The notes below the pieces were generated by a model, which ran no database searches, was not told the DNA's origin, and was given only the letters and a program-made list of their open reading frames with translations. The translations under genes were made by a program, and so were the position numbers. A stretch of 64,000 nt of DNA from a virus, in IMG/VR virus record IMGVR_UViG_3300005613_000053, positions 4,156 to 68,155 of that record. The stretch is one strand, 5' to 3'. Shown one piece after another: positions 55,717-64,000 of the stretch (position 1 is the first letter of the stretch; each line of letters begins with the position of its first letter).

Positions 55717-56293
55717 CCTTGGACAAAGCCTCCATTATCCCTCCGTCGCCTCCGCTGTAGACATCGCCCGAGCGAATCTTATCGACAGTGACGGGGAACT
55801 TTAAGTGTTTGAAAACATTATCAACGAACTCCATAGAGCGCGCCTCAACCACTTCCTCGAAACCTCTTGTATACATCTTGAATGCAACAGAATATCTGTC
55901 TTCGCCCAATGCCTCGAATATTATGCCATATAAGCCCTTTAACTCTCCATCCTTAATCTTAACCATATCACCCGTTTCAAATTCTCCTCTAATCTCAGAC
56001 TTCTTAGCAGAACTGCCAAAAGCCTCTATTTCATCTTCTGTAAATTCATGGGGACAATCATAAGCCGGCACCACTCTGCATACCGCCGCACTCCCTATCA
56101 GACTATCCATATGAGTGTTGTATTCACTAATCCTTACAAAGCAGTAATACTCACCCGAACTTATCATGGCCTCGTCATCGACGAACTTTATCTCCGCCAG
56201 GTCATTACCGAAGATACTCCTCAGTTCCCCGACCATCACATCTCTGTCCCCATGTCTGAATGAGGAACTTACCATGAGCGCTATCCATTTCAC
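55664..56293 (-). CDS. NusG-family (NGN + KOW) antitermination factor
   Basis: YCFVRI; FETGDMVKIKDGELKGLYGII KOW motif. Confidence 0.75.
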   Translation of the reverse strand: MKWIALMVSSSFRHGDRDVMVGELRSIFGNDLAEIKFVDDEAMISSGEYYCFVRISEYNTHMDSLIGSAAVCRVVPAYDCPHEFTEDEIEAFGSSAKKSEIRGEFETGDMVKIKDGELKGLYGIIFEALGEDRYSVAFKMYTRGFEEVVEARSMEFVDNVFKHLKFPVTVDKIRSGDVYSGGDGGIMEALSKVVKRNKIRRKKGGGNKV

Positions 56294-56740
56294 TCACCAC
56301 CACCTCATTAAAAGGACTCTGCCAAAAGAACTAAAAAGTTCCTTCACTGACTCCCTAAACCTCCACAACCTCGATTGACGCGGGAAACCCTGTAAGAACC
56401 ATATCAAAATAGCAACCTTCGGATACTCATTCCCACACCTTGCAGGAGACTTTAAAATATCATGGAAATCACGCTCTACAGAATTATGAGTATTCCTGCA
56501 TTTGAACTTATTACACTTCTTTGCTCTCTCCTCACCATCACAAACCAAGACACCATTCTTAGTCTTCTTGCATATTTCCGAGTTCTTACATAAACCGACC
56601 ATTCCCTTATCCGGGACCCTCATCCTGGTATTAAACATACAATTTCGAGAGCTCACTGACAAGAATTCTTTTTTTCTCTTCTTCAGCCTATCCACACACA
56701 AAGCATCTAATCTTTCCCGGACTTCCTTCTCTTTCCTCAT
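56294..56740 (-). CDS. Cys-rich hypothetical protein
   Basis: ORF coupled to neighbours. Confidence 0.6.
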   Translation of the reverse strand: MRKEKEVRERLDALCVDRLKKRKKEFLSVSSRNCMFNTRMRVPDKGMVGLCKNSEICKKTKNGVLVCDGEERAKKCNKFKCRNTHNSVERDFHDILKSPARCGNEYPKVAILIWFLQGFPRQSRLWRFRESVKELFSSFGRVLLMRWW

Positions 56741-57312
56741 TTTTTGCCCTCCAAAAAGCTATCCATCTCACTCTTGGACCCGAAATGATTGATTGGCCTA
56801 TCCATATTCAAACCATGCTTTTCACAATCCGCCATATCCGGCTTCCTGCCAAGCCTTCTCCATAACTTCAGATAATCCTCAAGCGACTTCTTAAATGATG
56901 ACATCCTGGCAGTCCATCTCATATTGGCATAAGAGCCCCACAACTTCTTTACCTCATGCATTGATGGTATTACTGTTGGCGCCTCCACACGCGCTTCCTG
57001 ATAGCTTCTCCATGTCCACAAATCAAACTTTATAACACACTTGACCATGTACCTGAGTCTCTTTTCCTCAGTCTCATTCCTGACTCCAAAAGCCTCATTC
57101 ACCGCAACCTGCCAACTCCCAAACTCCTTTTCATAATCAAAAGAATTTGGTTCACCCTTAACACGGCCAGCCCTTAAAGCATCCCTGGTCTTATAGCCTT
57201 TCTCTTTCAAAAACTCCAAGAGCCTCTCCCTTGAGAAGCTCCTCTTGCCTTCGACCGCATAACGGCCACGACTCTTTCCGAGCCGCAGCCTCTTACGCTT
57301 CTGAGCCGGCAT
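56737..57312 (-). CDS. Protein with homing-endonuclease-associated repeats
   Basis: Repeated P....Y...FGSW...  units. Confidence 0.55.
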   Translation of the reverse strand: MPAQKRKRLRLGKSRGRYAVEGKRSFSRERLLEFLKEKGYKTRDALRAGRVKGEPNSFDYEKEFGSWQVAVNEAFGVRNETEEKRLRYMVKCVIKFDLWTWRSYQEARVEAPTVIPSMHEVKKLWGSYANMRWTARMSSFKKSLEDYLKLWRRLGRKPDMADCEKHGLNMDRPINHFGSKSEMDSFLEGKK

Positions 57313-57345
57313 ATTATATATGTCGTCTACTTTCCACATACAATA

Positions 57346-57885
57346 TTACGCTGCCTCCACGGCCTCTTTAGTCACGGGATTCCTCTCGACACCATCATCC
57401 TCTTCATCAGGTATCGCTTCAACACCAGGAACATCTGCCTTTATATCTTCCATTGACCTCTCAAGAGGGTCAGCAGCAGCAGGATTCTCCATCCAGTTAG
57501 GAACTCCACCACACGCAGCATACTCTCTCATGTACATCTTTATCTCCGGCTGCAACTTCTTGCCGTAGTTGTTAGACTGTTCATCGAAAGCACCATCAGG
57601 TACCGCACACATGATATGAAACACTGCAAGATTTCTCTTCTTCTCATCCAGCGTCTTCCACATCTTCTCGAACACCTCCACTATATAGGCCTTATCAAGA
57701 AAGACATCCACCGGATATCCAACCCGAACCAACTTAACAGGCACCTTTGACTTCTTCTTTTTAGTCATAACGAAACCCATTTTAGCAGTATCAAAACCCT
57801 CAAATATCTGAGGGAACTTTTCCAGGAACTTCTCCATAATGTCCTGAATCTCACGTCCCGACGCATAATCAACAAACTTAGCCAT
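57346..57885 (-). CDS. Phage metallopeptidase-like protein (degenerate HExxH)
   Basis: YIVEV..W..L....LAVFHIMCA. Confidence 0.5.
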   Translation of the reverse strand: MAKFVDYASGREIQDIMEKFLEKFPQIFEGFDTAKMGFVMTKKKKSKVPVKLVRVGYPVDVFLDKAYIVEVFEKMWKTLDEKKRNLAVFHIMCAVPDGAFDEQSNNYGKKLQPEIKMYMREYAACGGVPNWMENPAAADPLERSMEDIKADVPGVEAIPDEEDDGVERNPVTKEAVEAA

Positions 57886-57928
57886 TACCTCTCCTCCTCT
57901 TTTTACCTACCGATTCTCACACAACAGC

Positions 57929-58282
57929 TTATCGCTGCTCCAACTTGCCCATAACCTCCACAGTCTCAGGGTCGCTGCTAGTCCTTACTTCCTCATGAGG
58001 ATAATCGAGTTTCAACTCTATCCCCTCTTCTTCCTTCATGATAATCTTGAGATTGATAAGCATGGCATTATAAGGACTCGGACCATGCAGGTTCACTGTC
58101 ACAAGCCTCTCTTCAGCATCCTTCTGCTCTTCCCATAAAGCACGTATTCTGCCACGTATCCTGTTACCCAACTCCTGGATATTCTCAGTTGTAGGAACAT
58201 CCTCCACCTCCAGGATGTAATCATATTCCTCACCAACATGGTCATTTACCTTACTTTCCACACAAATAAACATTGTTTTCAT
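57929..58282 (-). CDS. Hypothetical protein
   Basis: AAGGGG SD before MKTMF. Confidence 0.6.
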   Translation of the reverse strand: MKTMFICVESKVNDHVGEEYDYILEVEDVPTTENIQELGNRIRGRIRALWEEQKDAEERLVTVNLHGPSPYNAMLINLKIIMKEEEGIELKLDYPHEEVRTSSDPETVEVMGKLEQR

Positions 58283-58324
58283 ATTATTCCCCTTTTTTAT
58301 AAAAATTAACGTCACCTATTATAC

Positions 58325-59518
58325 TCATCCAGCAACCGCTTTCTGGTTATCAATTTTTATTACCCTGCCCCATTTATACGGGTAATCATCCTTGTCCATA
58401 TCATTTACCAATACCCACAAAGACGGAATCCTATACCTGGTAGTGATATTCGGAGCTTCAAAATCAGTGAAATATATCAAAGCATCATACTTCTTTTCCA
58501 CCTCTTTAAGAACAGGCTCCAAATCTGTACCACCTCTTCCATGAACTACTCCATCCCACTTACCCTTAAACTTTATCGGAGACCTCTCAGATACCTTGGT
58601 GTCACATTCGAACACCTCAACTATAGCACCATTACGCCAGACCCACCTAATCTCATTCCAGAAAAGCGCCAACTCCTCATCACTGATTGACCCAGAAGTA
58701 TCTACAGCCACAGCCAGTTTCAACACATCACCCTTCCTGGTTCCCGGCCTGGTACCAAATCTCCTGCTCACCCTCTTAACAGTATAATCCAGCACACTCT
58801 CTGAGGCTGAAGCACAGAACATCCTCAACACCTTACCCCACGGCACTATCGGCTTCTTAGTCGCCAAGAGGTCTTCTATCATATCCTTCAAAGCACCAGG
58901 TATATCACCATACTGTCTATTACACAAGTCTTTCGCTTTCCTCACAATATCCTTCGCGAATTCCTTGGCCACGGTATCATCCTTTACATCCTCCCACATA
59001 CCATGACTCGACATCACATGAGACAACACGCCTCCCTCACCAAATTCACCTTCAGCACACTGGCGCTTAAACTCCGGGTTATCCCTAAGATGAGTATAAT
59101 ACCACATTGCTGACTTGTTCTCATCGAATCCGTAATTATCCGGATGAACAAACTTGCCCGGCAGAATATCCTTATCCAACATACTGTTGACAACACAGTC
59201 CTTGGCAACATTCCCCCTCAGCTTATCCTGGAAATCAAGGAACAGATGTCCACAGACCACATGAATAATCTCATGCTCCTGCACACCCATTACATACTTC
59301 CTGCCATCATCTACACCATGCTCTTCAAAGATGTCCCCGAAAAACTTCTCATTGAAGTACAGCTTAATAAATCTTTCGCCAGGAATCCTGCCAACAGCAG
59401 CCGTGTCTACAGGATGACCCTTGCCCACATACACCTTTTCAAACTGCTGCACAATATGACCATAGAACTCTTTCCTTCTGGAAAGATGAACCATGCCCTT
59501 CATCAACTCATTACGCAA
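58325..59518 (-). CDS. HExxH metallopeptidase-like plus vWA protein (DUF2201-like; typical MoxR AAA+ partner)
   Basis: HEIIHV..H; VAVDTSGSI; GRGGTD; IYFTD. Confidence 0.85.
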   Translation of the reverse strand: MRNELMKGMVHLSRRKEFYGHIVQQFEKVYVGKGHPVDTAAVGRIPGERFIKLYFNEKFFGDIFEEHGVDDGRKYVMGVQEHEIIHVVCGHLFLDFQDKLRGNVAKDCVVNSMLDKDILPGKFVHPDNYGFDENKSAMWYYTHLRDNPEFKRQCAEGEFGEGGVLSHVMSSHGMWEDVKDDTVAKEFAKDIVRKAKDLCNRQYGDIPGALKDMIEDLLATKKPIVPWGKVLRMFCASASESVLDYTVKRVSRRFGTRPGTRKGDVLKLAVAVDTSGSISDEELALFWNEIRWVWRNGAIVEVFECDTKVSERSPIKFKGKWDGVVHGRGGTDLEPVLKEVEKKYDALIYFTDFEAPNITTRYRIPSLWVLVNDMDKDDYPYKWGRVIKIDNQKAVAG

Positions 59519-59810
59519 TGAGAATTCCACCCGTCTCCTCCATTCTGTGCTCCTCCAAACGAGCCTCCACAACCTTCCTTACTCTATCATCACCATCAAG
59601 GAAAAGCATAAGGGTCGCATCGTCAATAGGAATCTTCTCAGCAAAGAAAAGTCTCTTGCCTACATCCAGGATATCTTCTTTGAACATATGGTATGCTTGC
59701 TCCGGAGATAAAGCATGTATGCCCACTATCTCCTCAAAATCAGAAGCCGCTCGAGCCTCTTCTCCCGTAAATTCCTGTCCCCTTACATTTGTCCACTGTA
59801 TAGCTGCCAT
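59511..59810 (-). CDS. Hypothetical protein
   Basis: ORF with an upstream promoter-like sequence. Confidence 0.55.
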   Translation of the reverse strand: MAAIQWTNVRGQEFTGEEARAASDFEEIVGIHALSPEQAYHMFKEDILDVGKRLFFAEKIPIDDATLMLFLDGDDRVRKVVEARLEEHRMEETGGILIA

Positions 59811-59860
59811 GTCCTATACTACGCGGGGTCACAGAAAATTTGAACAAAAAAATTAAGAAA

Positions 59861-60589
59861 TTACAGGGAATTGCTCCCTAAAAGGTACTGAATCCTCTGA
59901 GATGACTCACAAAGCGTCTTTATAGCAGTGGCAAGTCCTTCCTCATCATCCAGCTTTTCTCCACAGAAATGCAGGCCTACGATACCCATAACCTGGCCCT
60001 CAAACGTAACACCACATACCAAAGCCGTCTTAACATTCTGCTCATGTAGCGTAAACCTCTCAAAACCATTACTCATCTCATCAACCTGAACCACTATAAG
60101 CCTACGATTACCACCATCACAAGCATTAGCATCAGGGCATGTTGTGCACTCTCTCGATATTCTGACACCATCATCATCAGACTCACCAGTAAGAAGAGTG
60201 CCAACTATCTTTATCATCCTGGAAGCCAATACGGCCTGGTAATCACCCGCACAATACTCTACTCCCTGCTTGGCAAACTCATGGGTACACGTTAATTTCC
60301 ATACAGGATTACTTGGAAGGAATTCTATTCCATTATGAAATCTAAGCACAAAAGACCTATCAGCCGAAGTAAGAGCTCTTATCTCAACAAGTTCGTTATA
60401 AATTTGCTGACTATTTTGCGCATCACTCTTCTGTGGATAATGAACCACACCCACTTTTCTAAGCAACTTTCTCAGCCCTATTACAAGTACCACAGCTACC
60501 ACCATTGCAACAATAGCAAACACAGCACCTAGTAATATTAATTCATGGGCCGCCATCTCGGCCACTCTCGCTTCGACATAATTCATCAA
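59861..60589 (-). CDS. Single-TM protein with GAF-like domain (candidate holin)
   Basis: N-terminal TM helix; ADR..V..FHNG..; MGIVGLHF. Confidence 0.55.
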   Translation of the reverse strand: MMNYVEARVAEMAAHELILLGAVFAIVAMVVAVVLVIGLRKLLRKVGVVHYPQKSDAQNSQQIYNELVEIRALTSADRSFVLRFHNGIEFLPSNPVWKLTCTHEFAKQGVEYCAGDYQAVLASRMIKIVGTLLTGESDDDGVRISRECTTCPDANACDGGNRRLIVVQVDEMSNGFERFTLHEQNVKTALVCGVTFEGQVMGIVGLHFCGEKLDDEEGLATAIKTLCESSQRIQYLLGSNSL

Positions 60590-60653
60590 AATCTCCTAAA
60601 TAAGCCCTCAACTACCCTCTCACTTAAGAAGACTTTATTAAAAAATAATATCA

Positions 60654-62958
60654 TTATCTCCAGAAAGTTCCATACATTCTGGTATCAATTATGTAAATAT
60701 TACCGCCATACGGGTCTCCTGACGGTCTCGTATATCCAAACGGAATCCTATCACCTGTAAGCAAACCATCAGCAGGAAATGTAAAAGTTGTCTTATACTG
60801 AACATCCGCAGTAGCACCCACAGTCACATTATTCGTCATGGCAACCTCGACGTTTGCCCCATCTAAAACCGTTGATGAATCTATCTTACCATAGTAAAAA
60901 ACAATCCCTACATCACCAGTTGTAGTTGAAGATACGGGTGCAAATGTTATTTCAAAACTAAGCTCACGGGATGTATCCAGACCATCAGGAATAGTAACTA
61001 TAGAACCTCGACCATCAGTCGCTGTATTTACAAACTCATTATTCACGAATACATAATCCAATACCGTACCATAATCAACATTCTCTGAAGAAGGAGTGAG
61101 TCCCTGAAGTGGCTTCGTATCCACGAACGATGCTCCAAACAAATCCTCTATCGGCTCAGCAGCACCGAAGTACTCCACAAAACCATCAGCATTGACCTCT
61201 GTTCTATCCACAGAAATCTTCAACTGCTCTATCTGCATAGAGGTAGTAATCGGAGTCACAATCCTCGCACGAGTCCAATAATTCGAGCGTCCCAGTCCAG
61301 CGGGGTCGTTCTTCGCCCAGTCATCCAGCATGGCATTGTCATACCTCATCTGGAATGAGCCGTTGGTATTCATTATCGCATTTCCATGAGACTCATATGG
61401 AGCATTGGCATCGGAACTCATATACCTGAATGGAGACCATGCTCCGTTCCAGTATTCATAAATCACCGACCCTGTACCCATATCAATAGCTGAATCCACT
61501 AATATCTTAAGCCCCACATACGTCATCTTATCCCCGTCCTTCTCAGCATCGGTAGAGATATACAACGCCGTATTCGCATTGGTATTGGCAAAACCGAAAG
61601 TAGAACCAGAAGATGATGCAGCAACATCAGAGATATTGGAATATGTCGAACCATTATATGAATATACCAGCATATCACGAGTATATGAATCACCACCACC
61701 CATCACAGTCTCTTTCGGAGACTCAGGACTTCCTACATGCAGCTCACCCTTTACCAACAACCCCTCATCACCAGCCTGATTGCTCATATGGGCTATGTTA
61801 ATAGTAGAATCAGTATCTAACTCCATTTTGCTCTCATCCAGCAAAAGACCTGAACCAGTTACTGATACGCCACTACCCACAGTTACTATATCCTTCGTAC
61901 AATCCTGAACAGACACCGCAACCAATATAGCATCAGTTGTTCCTGTAAACAAAAGACCAGTCGTACAGTTCTCAATCGTAACCGCCTGAAGATGCATCTC
62001 ATCGGCACCTCTTGTTTCCACACCTACCACTGCACCCTTTATCGCAAGAGCAGACACATCCATGTGAGCGCCATCACACATAATGCCTCCAGAGATTGTA
62101 CCAGCCACACCACCATCAATTCTTCCAGCCGATACCGTCACAGCAGCATTACTGGAAGCCCATACTCCATAACCAAGTAAGGGACTTGCCGAAACTGGAT
62201 TATTAACATCAACCACAGAATTCGAACCTGTAATATACACAAGATAATTTACATCAGACTCAGCCACCACCACAGGGTCTTTAATCGTCGCCTTACCAGC
62301 CGAGATATTAATAACCCTATCAACCGGTATAGTCAGACCAAATCCAGAAAGGTTATCCAAGTCAGCTATCGCACCAGCATTGTCCATCGTAAATCCATAT
62401 TTGCAATCCACAAAACTACAATGCCTGGCAACAGAGATTCCCGAATTAGTCATGCTTATGGCAGACGAATTAGTAGCACCCCAGAAAGATATTCCATAAA
62501 AGAACGTATCCTCAACAGCCTCAAATATCGGCTCATTACCATCCTGTGCCTGAATCCTACAAGAACTTGTATCCCCAACAGCCACAATATTCACATAAGG
62601 CTTACCCGCTATCGGATTATCCTCCACATACACACCAGGAGCAATAAAGAGTCCATACTTATTTGTAATATTCGAGCCACTAATAGTACTCAAGGCATAT
62701 TTTACAGTCTTATATGGATTTCCAAAAGAGCCATCACCAGTACCATCATCTCCTCCAGTATTTACATAGACAGACCACAACAGGTTCACCTTCCACAGTC
62801 GGCGGATTGGTAAAGTTATTATCTCCTGTCCAATCATTGGCTCCACTCAATGTAGGCAATACACCACCAGTCTCTGTCTTGGCTCCATCTGCCAACTGAC
62901 CAAAAAGAGCCGATGCCGTCACAAGCATTACTCCCAAAGTAACCATTATCCTCTTCAT
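60654..62958 (-). pseudogene. Frameshifted signal-peptide beta-helix protein (ORFs 62746..62958 and 60654..62846)
   Basis: The signal-peptide ORF shifts frame near 62780 into SVYVNTGGDDGTGDGSFGNPYKTV..A..PGVY, a beta-helix cap motif. Confidence 0.6.
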
Positions 62959-62968
62959 AACATTCCTC

Positions 62969-63247
62969 CTAATCTCTCTTCATTGACTCACGGTCTTTCC
63001 TACAATCCTTCGCCGCCGCCTGAAACTTTGCTCTTGCCACATTCATAGCATTCAATTTCCCAGGAGTAGGATTATCCAGATAAGCCTGCTTCTTCTTCAG
63101 GTAGTCATCCTTATCCTTATTCTTCGCCTTCTTCTTAGCCTGCCACTGCTCTTTTGTAGGCTTAGCCTTAACACTAACAGGTTCACCAAGAGCCTGTACC
63201 GATAAAGAGCAAACAACCAAGAATATAATTAAAATATACTTCCTCAT
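62969..63247 (-). CDS. Small basic secreted protein
   Basis: MRKYILIIFLVVCSLSVQA signal peptide. Confidence 0.7.
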   Translation of the reverse strand: MRKYILIIFLVVCSLSVQALGEPVSVKAKPTKEQWQAKKKAKNKDKDDYLKKKQAYLDNPTPGKLNAMNVARAKFQAAAKDCRKDRESMKRD

Positions 63248-63256
63248 AACGTCTCC

Positions 63257-64000
63257 TCATCCAGCTCCATCTCTGTGACGCTGACCCTCAATGACCTCAC
63301 CATCCCTAAAACTGCCACGCTGCCAGCAAAACTTACACTGCTCAACCGTAACCTGATTATCGTCCCGGTTACACTGAACCATATGCCTCGTCAAATCACC
63401 CAAATCCAAAGGACGCTCAATCGTATACTCATCCTTGCCAGGCTCAAAATACTTGCATCCCTGCTCACTCATCGGTATCAGCACCGGATGAATCGGGTCA
63501 ATACCACCCTGCCTGAATACCTCAGGATAAACCGTCACCCAGGTGCCATTCTCAGTATCCACCCACCTGACTCCCTCAAGAGCCCAGTTATGCATCATCT
63601 CCTCAGCCTTCACAGCCAAGTCCTTGAACTTACTCCTATCCCACTCCTTCAAAGCCTTATGAATAGCCTCAGCAAGCTCTCCTTCAATATCATCCTTGCC
63701 CCAACCCTTGAAGTCCACTGAGCGCCTCAATAACGGGTCTATATTGTCCTCTGCGGCCTTAACCTGCTCAGGACCAACATCTATGCCCAAATGCTCCACA
63801 ATAGCCTTTATGGGCCGTTCTGAGTGCATATCAGCATACTCTACAACCATTATCCGGTCATCCAACTCTTCATGGTCAGCCAACCACCTCATAAACTGAC
63901 CCATACTCGATACATACCTCTTCGGACTCAAAGGCTGTCCCGCGTTTTCCCAGACATCCTCACCATCCTCATTCTGTCCAGCAACCTCGACACCACCAGC
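63257..64000 (-). CDS. 5'-truncated sulfotransferase-like protein
   Basis: Frame open to the window edge; MVVEYADM..I..I.EHLG..IDP.LRRS pattern. Confidence 0.45.
   Translation of the reverse strand, partial: AGGVEVAGQNEDGEDVWENAGQPLSPKRYVSSMGQFMRWLADHEELDDRIMVVEYADMHSERPIKAIVEHLGIDVGPEQVKAAEDNIDPLLRRSVDFKGWGKDDIEGELAEAIHKALKEWDRSKFKDLAVKAEEMMHNWALEGVRWVDTENGTWVTVYPEVFRQGGIDPIHPVLIPMSEQGCKYFEPGKDEYTIERPLDLGDLTRHMVQCNRDDNQVTVEQCKFCWQRGSFRDGEVIEGQRHRDGAG

Noticed and set aside
473-63899. All + strand ORFs (e.g. 30663..31190 poly-Ser, 28020..28787, 20145..20918)
   Set aside because: Antisense shadows of minus-strand genes with no recognisable motifs; Ser/Leu/Pro-rich from strand skew
1-64000. 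Alternative genetic code (TAG or TGA reassignment)
   Set aside because: Long conserved genes are intact under code 11, and all three stop codons end genes next to the following SD

Overview
64-kb segment of a large tailed dsDNA bacteriophage genome. Essentially all real genes lie on the minus strand, and the + strand ORFs are antisense shadows. Read in transcription order (right to left) it holds: secreted/structural and regulatory genes (NusG-like, HTH), terminase, a topoisomerase IB-SprT fusion, portal, CCA-adding enzyme, signal-peptide Thr-Asn-rich proteins, prohead protease, scaffolds, decoration and major capsid genes, and small promoter-gene-terminator cassettes. Next comes a ~4.7-kb RNA island: several unknown structured RNAs, tmRNA, an ACP-like protein lacking its Ser, two Y-RNA-like RNAs, tRNA-fMet and a Ro60/TROVE protein. 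It ends with a long array of small ORFs, neck genes and three tail-tube-like paralogues. Two candidate systems stand out. (1) About 25 unrelated proteins, including the CCA enzyme, share an N-terminal helical tag (M-x2-4-[IV]A-x-EL-x3-A[KR][ED]L) that looks like a capsid-packaging address. (2) A phage Ro60/Y-RNA/tmRNA/tRNA locus has boxA-like leaders and novel large RNAs, one with an HNH gene inserted in a loop. In addition, three homing endonucleases each begin with a diverged copy of the N-terminus of the gene downstream. All calls are from motif reading and manual base-pairing only; no searches were run.
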